Of a DNA stretch of 64,000 nt, positions 36,511-48,957 are shown piece by piece. The notes below the pieces were generated by a model. It was not told where the DNA came from and did no database searches. It saw only the letters and a list, made by a program, of their open reading frames with translations. The stretch covers positions 2,418,001-2,482,000 of the forward strand of contig JBLDXI010000004.1 in NCBI GenBank assembly GCA_047495785.1. The letters are read 5' to 3'. Each line of letters starts with the position of its first letter. Within the stretch, counting starts at the first letter, position 1. Made by a program: the position numbers and the translations under genes. This DNA comes from Lepidodermella squamata (taxonomy: Eukaryota > Animalia > Gastrotricha).

Positions 36511-37467
36511 TTGAATTATTATGTCCAAGCCTTGCTCAAGCCGAACAAAGTAAGTCTGGCAATACAGAGCAACTACCTTACTGAATCTAATTTGTTTAGG
36601 CTAAGATCATTAGCTGTCGGGATACGCTACATCCCTCTTCATTATGACACAGATCGGAATGACTGGGAACGGATGAAAGCTGAGGCTAAACTGAAGGGTA
36701 GGAGCCGCAAAATCCTGATGCTGCGAAACTATTCCCTACTCAAGAAGTTGGACCTTCAAAACATCCCGCCTTGGATTCGGGTCATCTTCTACTGGAAAAA
36801 AGCTTCACCGATCAATTTACCGAAACGCAGCGATTCTTGGACTACAATCAAGACGGAAACAACGCCAGAGCCGGAGGAAAGGCCGAAAGAGGACACGTCA
36901 CATCGGTACTACCTCACTCAACTTATTATAGGAAAAATCAAGCAGTTGACCGAAGTGTTTCACCAGAATGTCTCAGGAGCGCCCAAGGTTCGAATATCAG
37001 GAGATTCTAGCAACAATGACGACGATGTTTTCTATGTTGAAAATGGAGACGGCGAGGTTTTCGTTACTGATAAGAACGGGTTTTTGATTGACGAGGATTA
37101 CAGCGGGAATTTCGGAGGTTTGGTTGGGGAGGAAAATGTTCAACACTTGGGACCTGATGGCCATCCAATTCCAACTCTCTCGTTTCAAAACAATGCGAAT
37201 CCAACTGAGCCCGTTCAGCCCAAAGTTGGTTTCAAGCCGACAGCCCAGCGTATTCTAATGAAGCGACACGTGCAAAAACAGCCGCCGATTGGGAAGAATT
37301 GGGCGAAATTGATTGCGACCACGTTAGGCCCTCGTGAGGTCCCAACGTTGATTCGAGGTGACGTGGACAAGTTCTTGGGCTGGTATATTCTCACGCTGGA
37401 TGAACTTGAGCATTTGGCTGATATCAAAATTGACTACATGACTGCAAAAGCCTTTGAGAAAGCCTGA
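36511..37467 (+). CDS. Orphan protein, member of a local three-gene family
   Basis: 318-aa ORF with a probable intron at 36550-36599 and an uncertain start. Shares motifs with ORFs 37918-38694 and 50409-51215. Confidence 0.6.
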   Translation: MNYYVQALLKPNKVSLAIQSNYLTESNLFRLRSLAVGIRYIPLHYDTDRNDWERMKAEAKLKGRSRKILMLRNYSLLKKLDLQNIPPWIRVIFYWKKASPINLPKRSDSWTTIKTETTPEPEERPKEDTSHRYYLTQLIIGKIKQLTEVFHQNVSGAPKVRISGDSSNNDDDVFYVENGDGEVFVTDKNGFLIDEDYSGNFGGLVGEENVQHLGPDGHPIPTLSFQNNANPTEPVQPKVGFKPTAQRILMKRHVQKQPPIGKNWAKLIATTLGPREVPTLIRGDVDKFLGWYILTLDELEHLADIKIDYMTAKAFEKA

Positions 37468-37917
37468 ATCTGCCTTTCTTTGAACTATTTTGGGATTTTC
37501 CCTGTGAGCAATTCTATAAACCGGTCCTAAGTCTTAATATTTAGCCTTATTCTCCCATTATATTTCAAATTTGATGAAGTGTTAGGAATAAACTTGATTC
37601 GAGCGCTGCTATGTGTCTGTTTGATGATAGAAAAACTGATGATGCTGTACCGTAGCAACGGTTGCTAAGGATTACAGATTCGCGCATCTCTTGGATAGTC
37701 AACCTGAAACCTGAAACTACCGAGATAATCAATCTGGCTCAATGCCCAGAAAGCAGACGTGGTACATCCAAGCTCCAAGTCATGGGTTTTCTGGATTTAG
37801 TTCCCAGAAAAATCCCAGAATTCGTTGAAATGGCTCTCAAGTTACACAAGAATCTGTTTTATTCAGTGTAATTTTCATTTTAGGTTTTAGGTTTAGGTTT
37901 AGTTTCCACATTAAAAG

Positions 37918-38694
37918 TTACATTCGATTATTGTCATTTAATATGTACCACTGATAGCCGCTTTTCCGCCCGACTACAACAGTAGCCGGAGCCTGGTACG
38001 TTTCCAACTCTCGCATCTTGAAAAATCCTCGCCTCCTGCGCTGCAGCTCCAAGCTCGAATTGTAGTCACAGGACGATAACGGCTTGACCTGGTCATGTCC
38101 CGCATATATGTTCTTCTGATTCTTGATTCGAGCTATGATCAAACTTGAGAAATAGTCACGTTTCGCCGGGTCGTGTTCCAGCACAACAGCCGAGAGTTGC
38201 CGGCTCTTCTTCTTCGCCTTCTTTTTCTTCTTTTTCCGTTTTTTCTTCGCAGTTTTATTCTTCTCAGGCTGCTTCTCTGTGACGGTTGTAACTTGCTTAA
38301 TACTGATCGGTGGCAGTTTCAGTTTTTTCGACTTTGGAGGCTTCTTCTCCGTCTCTGGTTGTTCCGGCTTTTCGTAGTCGTCGTTTTTGAAGTAGTCCTG
38401 AAGCCTGTCCAATCTTTCGATCTGGGTCAAAGACCGCTGGAATCCTTTACTGGGTTCCTCGTCCTCATTTTTTCCGATCTCTTCAATTTTCTGAACCACA
38501 GCGTTGTTGCGAATGAGAAGCAGACCTGGCCGGTCTTGACGAAGGTTCCGTATCGCCTGAAGTCTCAGGAGTTGGAAGTGATATCGAATGGCATCGGTGA
38601 GCGATGAAGGGTATTCTGGTTGTAAAGTTGGCGGGTAGGAGTACATGTCGCTTGAAAGGGCGAAATTCGGTTTTTTTACATCAGCGCAAAACAT
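37918..38694 (-). CDS. Orphan Lys-rich protein, same local family
   Basis: 258-aa ATG-initiated ORF with a poly-Lys NLS-like tract, DYFSSLIIARIKNQ and QWYIL. Confidence 0.6.
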   Translation of the reverse strand: MFCADVKKPNFALSSDMYSYPPTLQPEYPSSLTDAIRYHFQLLRLQAIRNLRQDRPGLLLIRNNAVVQKIEEIGKNEDEEPSKGFQRSLTQIERLDRLQDYFKNDDYEKPEQPETEKKPPKSKKLKLPPISIKQVTTVTEKQPEKNKTAKKKRKKKKKKAKKKSRQLSAVVLEHDPAKRDYFSSLIIARIKNQKNIYAGHDQVKPLSSCDYNSSLELQRRRRGFFKMRELETYQAPATVVVGRKSGYQWYILNDNNRM

Positions 38695-39291
38695 TAGAAA
38701 CAGCGTTCAAATTAATTAAATAATTGCTTCCGGTTGAGCTATACCTGCGAAGAGGGTTGAGTTCCTCTCAGCCTATGTTGAGTATTATTGGCTAAATTTG
38801 AATGATCGAGCGTTACGCATTGGAAATATTTCAGGTGAAAAAGCAACATCCGGTGTGTTCCAGCATTTCCTCTGCGACCTGTCGAATAAAGCGGCCGTCA
38901 GGTGACTAATTTTCTTTACAACGGATATGTAAGTTATGTACGGAAGAAACATCGCTTGAGTATGGGTTAAGACTGATATGCTCAATGTGAAGAATATGCG
39001 ACCAACATCAGTAATTAGTCATTGTTTCAAGGAAATTGAACCAAAAAAGTAAATAATGGGTGAAATACTTCGTTCGGGGTTTGAGTATGTGATTTTTCCA
39101 GTGATAAACAACTGGCAAATGACGCACTTTTATCCCATTTCCGAGCGCGAAATTTCGTCCATTTTGGGACTTCTTATTCCCGTTAACCTGAAAGCCAATT
39201 GCTCTGAAAAATGGTGACGGAGGGATATCAATCTGAGGTCAAACCATGGGCTGACGTTTGAATGAGTCATAAAGCTTCTTTATCCCTGAAC

Positions 39292-40400
39292 TACAGTGCT
39301 CCCTCGTTAGTGGCACCCTCCTTAAAAGAACTCCCTCGTTTGTGGACCGTAAATTTGGACCCAGCTAAATAAATTAGTTGTAAATTTGTAATGAAACAAA
39401 AAATAATTATTTGATAGATTTCAAAAATTAAGTGTGAAAATTTAAAATAATAAAGCGTTCCTAGAAACCTAGCGGCGCGTTGTCGTGGTTTTGAGAGATC
39501 CAGTTATTTCAATTTTTGTTCAAACGAGTTGAAAGATCAGCAGTGCATTAAGCTGTTCTTGTGGCTTTGAAATGGCTGTGATTATGCAACAGAGTGTGTG
39601 GATTAGCTGCCACTCAAGTTGTCTTGCTTTTTTCTTCAACTTTTCCATCAGAAATTACGCCAGTTTATCAGACAAAATCAGCAATTAATTTCAATAACTA
39701 TAAAAATGCCCGTCAATCTTCTATCTCCTTGATTTGCAGATTCTTCCTCAGGTAAATTGCTGATCAACTAAAAGACTCATCTGAATTGTCCTGATTTTTT
39801 ATTTTTCAGCTTTTTCCCGGCCAGAAAATCTCTTGAAATTTACCAGCATTATTAGCATGATCAAATTGGGATATAAATCGTGTTATTAAGGAAACTGAAA
39901 CTTCCTAATTTTGTTCCCGGCTGTGTTGCGTAATGCGTAATCATGAAGAATCACGTCCTTGTTTTAAGATTTATTTTAATTTCGATACATGGATTCATTC
40001 TCATAATTAGGTCGATTTCATTCGTTCCAGTTGTCCTGAGTTATTGGAATTATTAGCCGATTTCGATAGTCGATAGGCCTGATCTAACATGAAACTGGCT
40101 GCCACTACTCTACGATTTCATTGCTCAACGCCTTGGCAATTTAACGGGTTTTTTCACAAATTTTAATCATTCGATTTTGACTTTGAAAATCGTAACATCC
40201 CGAGGAGGGGCGGCGGGAGCTTCTGCCCGATTTCTGATCTTGATAGGCCAGTCGAATGAAAACGAGATCACGCCATTCAATCTAAACATCCTCTTGTTCC
40301 CTATCCCCTCTTGACGGAACCACACGTCTTATGCCTTGAAATCGGTCCGTGATTGCTCAATGCCATTAATTCGATGAATTTCAAAAAGAAAAAGTCAGGT
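39292..40400. mobile_element. Possible decayed pogo/Tigger-like transposon remnant
   Basis: TA-CAGTGCTCCCTCGTTAGTGG start with repeated CCCTC motifs resembles pogo-type TIRs. No convincing partner TIR or ORF. Confidence 0.25.
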
Positions 40401-41659
40401 TAACCGCGAAAAAATTATCGAAAATACATCATTCATCCTAATTGTTTCAGATTTCATATTTTTTTTTAATAATTTGTTGTAATTAAGTTCCTCAGGATCA
40501 TCAGCCAGCGCGGGTTCCCTGAAAGTTGGGCAGAACCTCAATAAGCCTCAGGTACAGCTGTATCGCCTCTTGTGTTTATTCTACCTAGTATATCGTCATA
40601 TCCCGGTGTTAGGGTTTCAGGGTAAAGATGACTTTACTTGAGCAGGCTTAAATATCATGTTATGCACTCTACGAGTACAGCTTGCGTTCATAAGTTCACA
40701 CAGTTCATGTAGTGCTAACTCATAACGTGACTACAATATGATGATAGCTTCAACTACCTCAACATGTATAATTATCGGTAGGTTGAATGTGAGCCAAATC
40801 TGAATCTGATTCCAACATAATTCTATGAATTTTAGGCGAAGCATGAGTTCTTGATAGAACACTGCATTATCTTGAGAATGTTTGGCTGAATTTGCTGGTG
40901 ATTTATTCAGAAGTATTCTGGTCAATCTTGACCAAGGTGATTGATTTTATAAGCTGTTATTTCAAATGAAATTTCTTTGCCAAATCGGACGAGCTGGGCA
41001 TTTTTGAATCAAATCGAAATAATGAGTTTTCAGGTTTTTTTATTCTGAGTTCGTTAACCCCAGGCAGGACTTCAAATCAGAGTAAAAAACAAGGCCAGCC
41101 AGGCAAATCAAAGCCGCCCTGTCAAATAAGAATAAAAACTTGGCGACGATCTTACGATTCATAGTGTTACTGTTTCAGAGCCTTCAGCGAGCGAAATTTG
41201 TAATGACACGTAATCCGTGTCCGTCTCTTTCTGCGCATTGGCATGGAAACTGTCTTAAGTCGTAGAAACGGTCTATTTTTAGCTTCTGCATTCAATTACA
41301 GCCCTCGCTATAGCTTTCCCTTGTTTAAAGACCGGGTGTGGCTCCCGACCCAGTGCTTTTATCGAGGAAGCACTGTATCGATCTTTACCGAAAGTTGATT
41401 GCCATTTTTTTGTCCGATGCTACCTGCTGTTCAACGTTCTAATTAAAGGTTCGGCGCCGTTGAATTCGGATTCGGATAATCACTATGCTCTCCAGCCAGC
41501 ATCATGAAAGCAGTGCCCAGGCCCGGAGTCATTAAGCTAATTCCAAGCTTACATCCATGCGGTGCCATTCTGCTCAAAAACTGAAAAAGCATACATTACA
41601 TTTGCATATACATACAGATAAAAATCTTAGTAAAAGTGTCCAAATTTAGAGGCTAAATT

Positions 41660-42133
41660 TATTCAAATTCTTCGAAATTTGCTGACAACTACGCCGCGTG
41701 TTTGAATGACCTGAAACCAGCCGCGCTTCCAAAGTATTTCCTCTCCTCGCTGACTGTTGGCAACTTCCGTCAACAACTTGAAGCCTGTGAGGCGGTACCA
41801 GGCGCCCGTTTGGCAACCCTGTCATCACTAGCTGATTACACGTTACACGGCGGCCAACCAAGTCGCATCTACTTCGAACTCGTCAGTCTTCGTCTGCATG
41901 GTCGCTGATTTCAAATGGGAGGATGGCAGTCTCGTTGCGATCGATTCACCTTTCTGGATTGCTGGCTTTGCTCCGACAAACTACGGCCAATGTGAGTATC
42001 GTTCATTTGCAGGCCTCCTTACCTTTTCGCTTTCATTTGCTCATTTTCAGGTATGATGTTGACGAATGACGGCTTCATGGATTTTCCATGCGGCGGAACC
42101 GCATTTGGTCTTTGCGGAGATGTAAGCTCATGA
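41660..42133 (+). pseudogene. C-type lectin domain gene with a frameshift
   Basis: EAC…GARLATLSS then FKWEDGS…FW..G..P…QC|MML…GFMDFPC…GLC*, with an intron at about 41992-42050. The frame is broken by a TTACACG duplication at 41836-41849. The 5' end is unclear. Confidence 0.65.
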
Positions 42134-42181
42134 ATAAGGAATGCGCGATCGTGAGTGGAAAACATTCACTAGGGCACGATT

Positions 42182-42209
42182 TTGAGACTAATTAAACGTG
42201 ATAATCGAT
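42182..42209 (+). promoter_or_regulatory. Invariant 28-bp motif upstream of GPCR copy 1
   Basis: TTGAGACTAATTAAACGTGATAATCGAT is identical at 42182, 44767 and 45688, about 190-220 bp before each GPCR copy. Confidence 0.6.
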
Positions 42210-42400
42210 AAAAGCTTCCGGATAAATTAACTCGAGCAGGAATAGAGTGCACCGTCTTTTCTAAAACGCTCACATTAATATAAGAGCCCTTTTTTATAAT
42301 AAACAAGTTCTCCAACCCATAATATTGAATCTAAAGTCGTCTTGCGAAGAAATGCTCGATTCGTAAAGATTAGTAACAGGTTTTTCTTAAATTTATTACG

Positions 42401-44653
42401 ATGGTTCTGAGTTATTTGAAATTTGCCTACGATATGGCTGTTTCTGCTGCGTCAATACTTCTTAATGGCCTCGTGGTTGCAAGTGTTTGGAACTCAAACT
42501 TTCAGCCGAAAGGATACAGAAAATTCCTGATCTGCCTCGCTTTCTCGGATCTATACATTGCTCTTGTGAACCTTTGCTACCTGGCACGTAACATCTACCC
42601 ACAAGAAATGTACGATTCCGGCGAAATTCAAACATGGGATTTGAAGTACACTTTCCGAAATTTCCAGCTCGCTGGATTCATGGTTTGAATCTTAAAAGAT
42701 TTGCGAGATCATCTAAAACCATTTTATTCTGTTATTTTAATCAGGCCAATCTTTTGTCGCTTGTGGCAATGTCGACAGATCACTTCATTGGAATAGTAAG
42801 AAATTCTGGGTACAGTTTCTTTTAACTCTGGTGTCGTTTTTTCAGATGTATCCCCTTCACTACAACACGGTAAAATTTGAGAAAATCCCTGTGGGTGTAT
42901 CATCTTCGGTTTTTTAGTACCTGAGAGGGCGGAATTGCAGAATTATTATCACTCTAATCTGGGTATCGGCGTTCGTAATTGGTTTGTTTGCTAGCGAGAA
43001 GCGATTTCATTTAATGTTTTATTTCTTCAGGTTTCTGTGACGTTTTCATTCGTGCCGCATCGCGTGGCTTGCACCTTGATTACTCCTCTAATATATCCTC
43101 TGAATACGAAGCAGAAATCGAAGACGAAGATTGGGGAGAGTTGTTTGTCGAATCTGAAGCAGAATTTGCTCTAAATGCTTCAAGAATAGAGAATTTTAGC
43201 TTGATTGATCCGCTCTATGATTCAAATAACGAGAGCATTACGCCAGCGGAGTTGAAATACCGCGTCAACAAGCTTTTGCAGATTTTCAAGCCGAAAGCTG
43301 ATGAGAAAGAATACACCCTCGAGTTCGCTGTGATTGCTATGACAGCTATTTGTCTAGCTTTTCTCATCGTTTGCTACGGCCGTGTGTTTCAAGAGGTGAT
43401 TTATTCAATCCCCAAATTTACAGCATTTCAAGTTTTTTTTTTCATTTTAGGGATTTCGAAATCATTCCGTGAATTTGAGAAAGCTAGTCGTAACAACTTG
43501 CATCCTACTCGGTGCTTTCAGCATATGGTTTGTTTAAGCCTAGTTCTAAGCATATAGACAAATAAACTAATAATAGACCAGAGCAATTCGATACTGCCAA
43601 ATTTATTCAAAAATTTCCATTTCAAAATGTTGAATTATCCTTCACTTCGTGTTGCCGTTGAAATGACGGCTTTCACCATGCAATGTTGAAGCTGCATCAC
43701 AAATGTCCCCGAAAATGACATTTTTGACACTTTGAAATTGCGATTGCTAAACCTGCGGGCTCAAAATTATATCAATATAATCACTCATAGAGAATTTTGC
43801 GAGCTTCTGTGGTAAAATTTGAATCCATTTAGCGCGAAAATGGAATCTGAGGTTGGGCAAATTGCGATGCGAGAATTCAGAGTTTCTTGAGGCGAAACCT
43901 TTTGCGATATTCATATGACAGTGGATATGAAGCAGAAAATTTGATTTCATCAGTATTCAAATGCGCTAGTGTCCAATCTGTTTTAATTTGTTTTGACTTA
44001 AAGATAAATTGATCACTTTAATCTGATTTAGTTGGCTGCCCTTCATGAGCTTTGAGTTCTTCATGTATCTAAGCCTGATGGTGGGCTCTCAAAGCAAACC
44101 GTCCACATCTCAGTATGTTCAAGCATGAAATTACATGTTTAATAATATAGTGATTCATTTTGGCAGCTCCCTCTCTGTCCATGAAATTTTCCACAGCTTA
44201 TTGATGTCGGCACCATTAATTGACCCGCTGATATATTCTGCGAGGTTGTGCGCTATGCGGAGGTGAGACTATTTCATGAATTCAGTAAATTTGAAAAATT
44301 CGAAGATTTTTAGACTTATACTGCTTCGATTGGCGGGTATACTGCCCTGCTGGAGAAAGATGATCCGGTTCGGAGCAATGACCCGTATTTCCCTTCAAAC
44401 GGCTTTCTCAGTCTCGTCAGTCAAACACCCAGTAGCTCACGACACCCTTGTGAATTCCAAGTCATTTGACGTTGACATCGCCCTCGGCTTAATCGATGAT
44501 GGAGATGGGATGGAAATCAGTGCAGCCGATGCTCATTCAACTGGCGTCCGGGGCTTCTACGAAGCTGTTGCCGAGCTTCACATGCCGGACGACAAATTGC
44601 TCAGCCACCGAGATGCAGTTGACAAGCCTCTTCCTACAAGACAGGGATATTGA
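42401..44653 (+). CDS. Rhodopsin-like (class A) GPCR, copy 1
   Basis: Multi-exon. TM1 ILLNGLVV, TM2 LAFSDL, TM3 MSTDHFIGI|MYPLHY, TM4 IWV, long acidic ECL2, TM5 CY, TM6 WLPF, TM7 DPLIY. Confidence 0.75.
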
Positions 44654-44766
44654 TCGCAGAAGACGAGCATGATTACTTTACCATTACCCCTAATCAACTC
44701 ATAATCAGTTCTCCCGCAGTTCTTGTTTGTGCGGATGGGCGGGGAGACATTCATCCGAGCGTGATT

Positions 44767-44794
44767 TTGAGACTAATTAAACGTGATAATCGAT
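44767..44794 (+). promoter_or_regulatory. Invariant 28-bp motif upstream of the GPCR pseudogene copy
   Basis: Same sequence as 42182-42209. Confidence 0.55.
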
Positions 44795-44949
44795 AAGAGA
44801 CTCAGTAGAAACAGAAAGCGCCGGCTATAATAAAAAAAACTCATATTCACACATATTAGAGTATCTTTTTTAATAAAGCTGTCGGTCGCATGTTGACTCT
44901 ACAGTAAGTTCGACGAAACAATCGATTATTATTAGTTCGATTCAATTTT

Positions 44950-45390
44950 TTATTCTGAGTGATTTGTAATTTGCCTACGGTGAGGCTGTTTCTGCTGCCT
45001 CGATACTTCTGAATGGTCTCGTGGTTTCAAATGTTTTGAGCTCAAATCTATAGGAGCTCAGCAAAAACAATACCGAAAATTCCCGATCTGCCTCGCTCGG
45101 AATAGTAAGAAATATTCAAACTTATAATTATATTCTCCTTCACTTCCGCTCTTGTTATTCAGGTGTTTCCGCTTCACTACAACATGTATAATTTTTAAAA
45201 TCCCAGCGGACGCAAGATCCTCGCTTGATTTGTTTTCCAGCGGCATAACAATTTTTTAGGCTATGATCCAGGTCTCAAGCATTCGTGATCAGTTTGTTTA
45301 TAAGGGATAAGCGATTTCAAATAAGAATATTTTTTTACAGGTTTCTGCTGCGTTTTCATTCGCGCTGCATCGCGTGCCTTGCAGCCCGTA
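44950..45390 (+). pseudogene. Truncated, degenerate GPCR copy 2
   Basis: Homologous to the first exons of copies 1 and 3, with deletions and no start codon. Similarity ends after the start of ECL2. Confidence 0.7.
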
Positions 45391-45687
45391 ATAAACTCCC
45401 GTAATATACCGTATTTTTCGGTCTTTAATCGGTCTTTAATCGGGTGCTGCCCGTATCCCTTTAAGCACGAGATTCACTCATCAGGATGTTTTAGGTGCTT
45501 GTGACGGAAGGTCCTTGAATTCGTAGCAGAAATTGTGTGGTCACAGGGCGCGACTCTCAGCGTCCCTTGCGTTCCTTGCATTGCAATCAACGTCGCCTCG
45601 ACTGTAGCGCATCGCTAATTGAATGATGTCTGATGTTGAAGTTGTTTGTGCGAACAGGCGGGAAAAATGTTCGTCCGGGGGATGTTA

Positions 45688-45715
45688 TTGAGACTAATTA
45701 AACGTGATAATCGAT
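45688..45715 (+). promoter_or_regulatory. Invariant 28-bp motif upstream of GPCR copy 3
   Basis: Same sequence as 42182-42209. Confidence 0.6.
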
Positions 45716-45896
45716 TAAAGCTTCCTTGTAGATCAAGCTAGTTTCGCGCTTAAACAGACAGCGCCGTCTCTTCTAAAACAGCGCACTTTCGTACACATTA
45801 GATTCTTTTTTTTTTGTTAATAGAGCTGAGTCATTTGATATTAACTCGGTAAGTGCTCGATAAGCAACGATTTAATTTGTTCATGCCCGGCATACG

Positions 45897-48800
45897 ATGC
45901 TATTGAGTGAGGCCACAGTCGGTGTGGCTGTTTCTGCTGCCTCGATACTTCTGAATGGCCTCGTTGTTGCAAGTGTTTGGAACTCAAACTTTCAGCCGAA
46001 AGGATACCGAAAATTTCTCATTAGCCTCGCTTTCTCTGATCTTTACCTTGCTCTTGTGAACCTTTGCTACTTGGTACCAAAAGCAGTGTACGATGCCGGC
46101 GAAAATCAAGGATGGGATTTGCAGTACTTCCGAAGTTTCCACTATGCTGCATGCTTGGTTTGAATCAAGATTCAGAAGATTAATTGTAAACATTTGTTAC
46201 TTTTACCAGGCCAACCTTTTCTCCCTTGTGGCCATGTCGGCAAATCACTATATTGGAATAGTAAGAAATTCCGGGTGTAGTCTGTTTTAACTACGCTCTC
46301 GCTTTTTCAGATGTATCCTCTTCACTACAACATGGTACAGTTTAAGAAAATCCCAGCGGGTGGAATATATTCACGATTTTGTTAGTACCTTAGTGGGAGG
46401 AATTGCAGAATTGTCATTGCTACGATCTGGGTCTTGGCATTCGTAATCGGTTTGTTTGCCAGGATCTTGTGAGGAATAGTGTTATGGAGACCACACTCAT
46501 GGATAAAGCTGTGAACGCAAAATGGAAAATCAATAATTTGTGGATGAAGCGAAAAATCAGCAAAAATAGTTATTTACAATTGATCACGCACCTTGTTTCA
46601 GCCACTCGCCATTACGCTCATAAAAAATGCCAGTGCCAGGTAGTAGGCGCCAGTTTTCTCCGGTTTGGATGCCGATTTTACCAATTTTAAACACATTTTC
46701 AGAATCCTCAGCTCATTTCCAACCGAACCCATGTAAAAAAGTGTCTAATTTCCATTTTCGGGTCCCTTTTTCTTGTCGATTTTTCAAGGCTTAGAATTCA
46801 GCCTTACTATCCACCTAACCATTTACGTTTGATGACGCGATATTTACTGAAAGCTGTAACTTCAAACGATTAATAGTAGCACCATTGCAGAGTCTGCCGT
46901 TGTAGCCAACAACTTCTTGGCTACACTGGGCTTAGCACGATTTTCACGTAAGTTATTAGGTTACATCTAACGAATTAGAACTTTGATCCTTATAGTCGGA
47001 ATCATTCTCGCGAAATCTCAGCTGGAAAACTATCAAAATCCACGGGTGATGGTTCAGAGTCGCTATGCAGGAAGATAAGCAGCGTTGCAAAGTTTAATTA
47101 CCCGATAAGAATTCTTACTAAAAATTAGCTTCTCCTTGCATGATGAGCGAGGAATGTTATCAAAGGAAGAATTAATAATCAAATAATTTAAAAGAATACA
47201 ACAGTTTTGTCGAATGGCCTTCGATTACCACACTCTCACTATAAAAACATTATATACCTATTCCTCCAATATTTATAGACCGTTGTGCGAATTCCAATTG
47301 CTCACACACCGCAAGAAATTATACTCGAGCAATTATGCCGTACTGTCCGAAATGTTGGGCCTGTCCTTTATATTTTTTGAAACAAGTCGAAACCCCGTCT
47401 TATATTTGAGACCGCCCTTTATTTAAGGCCTGACCTTTATTAATTTAAATAAATTTAAATAAATATAAATAGGATCATTCAAGAAATAAGAAACTAAATT
47501 AAACAATTATTACCGCGATGTAGCTTGTGAATTTTCACTTTAGTAAATCGGCCACCATTAATATCGACGAGAAAAAGGGACCCGAAAATGGAAATTAGAC
47601 ACTTTTTTACATGGGTTCGGTTGGAAATGAGCTGAGGATTCTGAAAATGTGTTTAAAATTGGTAAAATCGGCATCCAAACCGGAGAAAACTGGCGCCTAC
47701 TACCTGGCACTCGCATTTTTTATGAGCGTAATGGCGAGTGGCTGAAACAAGGTGCGTGATCAATTGTAAATAACCATTTTTTGCTGATTTTTTGCCTCAT
47801 CCACAAATTATTGATTTTCCATTTTGCGTTCACAGCTTTATCCATGAGTGTGGTCACCATAACACTATTCCTCACAAGGCCAGGATAAGCGATTTCATAC
47901 AATTTTCTGATTTCTTGAGGTTTCTGCGACGTTTCCATTCCCGTTAAATCGCGTGGCTTGCAACTTAATTACTCCGCTAATATATCCTCTGAATACGAAG
48001 CAGAAATCGAAGGCGAAGATTGGGAAAAGTTGTTTGTCGGAACTGAAGCAGAATTTTCTTTAAATGCTTCAAGAATAGAGAATTTTAGCCTGATTGATCT
48101 GCTCTATGATTCATATAACGAGAGCATTACGCCTGCGGAGTTGGAAGACCTCGTTAACAAATTTCTGCAGATTTACAAGCCGAAAGCAGAAGAGATAAAA
48201 TTTACCGTCGAGTTCGCTGTGTTTGCTATGACTTTTATTTGTCTATTCTTTCTGATCGTTTGCTACACCCGACTGTTAATAGAGGTGATGAAATATCCGA
48301 ATTGCGAAATTCCATACTATGTAAAGTTTCATCTGATTGTAGGTATATCGAAATGATCGAAATCCTTCGCGAAGGCTAGTCGTGACCACTTTCTTTCTAA
48401 TTGGCGCTTTCATCACATGGTCTGTTTTAGCGTCAGGTCTAATTTGAATCGATTGCCTTATCTGATTTTTAGTTGGCTGCCTTTCATGATTTTTGAGTTG
48501 TACATGGTTCTTAGCCCTCCGACTGTTGCGTCAAAGACTTCGTTTGTTTAGGCATGAAATTACTTGTTTATAATTTGTGAGTGATATTGGCAGGAATTAC
48601 GTCGAAGATATGTCCCGTATTTTATTCATATCGGCACCACTAATTGACTCCATAATATACTCGGCGAGGTTGCGCGCCATACGAAAGTGAGACTATTTCA
48701 TGAATTCAGAATTTAAGACTTATTCGAAAACTTTTAGACTGATGCTGCTGCGATTGGCGCGTATTCTACTCTGCTGCGAAAAAATGATCCGGTTTGGAGC

Positions 48801-48957
48801 AATGACGGTTACTTCTCTTTTGAGGGCTTTCTCAGTCGAACACCCAGTCGCTCACGACACCTTTGTGAATTTAAGTTCATTTGACGTTGACATGGATCTT
48901 ATGTTCATCGATGATGGAGATGAGTTGGAAGTCGGTGCGGCCGATGTTCAGGACTAG
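45897..48957 (+). CDS. Rhodopsin-like (class A) GPCR, copy 3
   Basis: Same exon structure as copy 1, with ANHY at the end of TM3 and DSIIY in TM7. The fourth intron holds a 1.4-kb foldback element and has a weak GAG acceptor. Confidence 0.7.
46466..47878. mobile_element. Foldback-type non-autonomous DNA transposon with roughly 315-bp TIRs
   Basis: 46466-~46780 is a near-perfect inverted copy of ~47563-47878 (termini CTTGTGAGG…CCTCACAAG). 8-bp TSD GCCAGGAT at 46458-46465 and 47879-47886. Absent from the same intron of GPCR copy 1. Confidence 0.9.

Noticed and set aside
37878-37902. Telomere-like TTAGG/TTTAGG repeats
   Set aside because: Only three to four imperfect units between convergent genes.
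43575-43972. Possible MITE in an intron of GPCR copy 1
   Set aside because: The intron is longer than in copy 3, but the inverted ends are too degenerate to call.
46403-47938. Two similar short ORFs on opposite strands (46403+ and 47938-)
   Set aside because: They are translations of the two TIRs of the foldback element.
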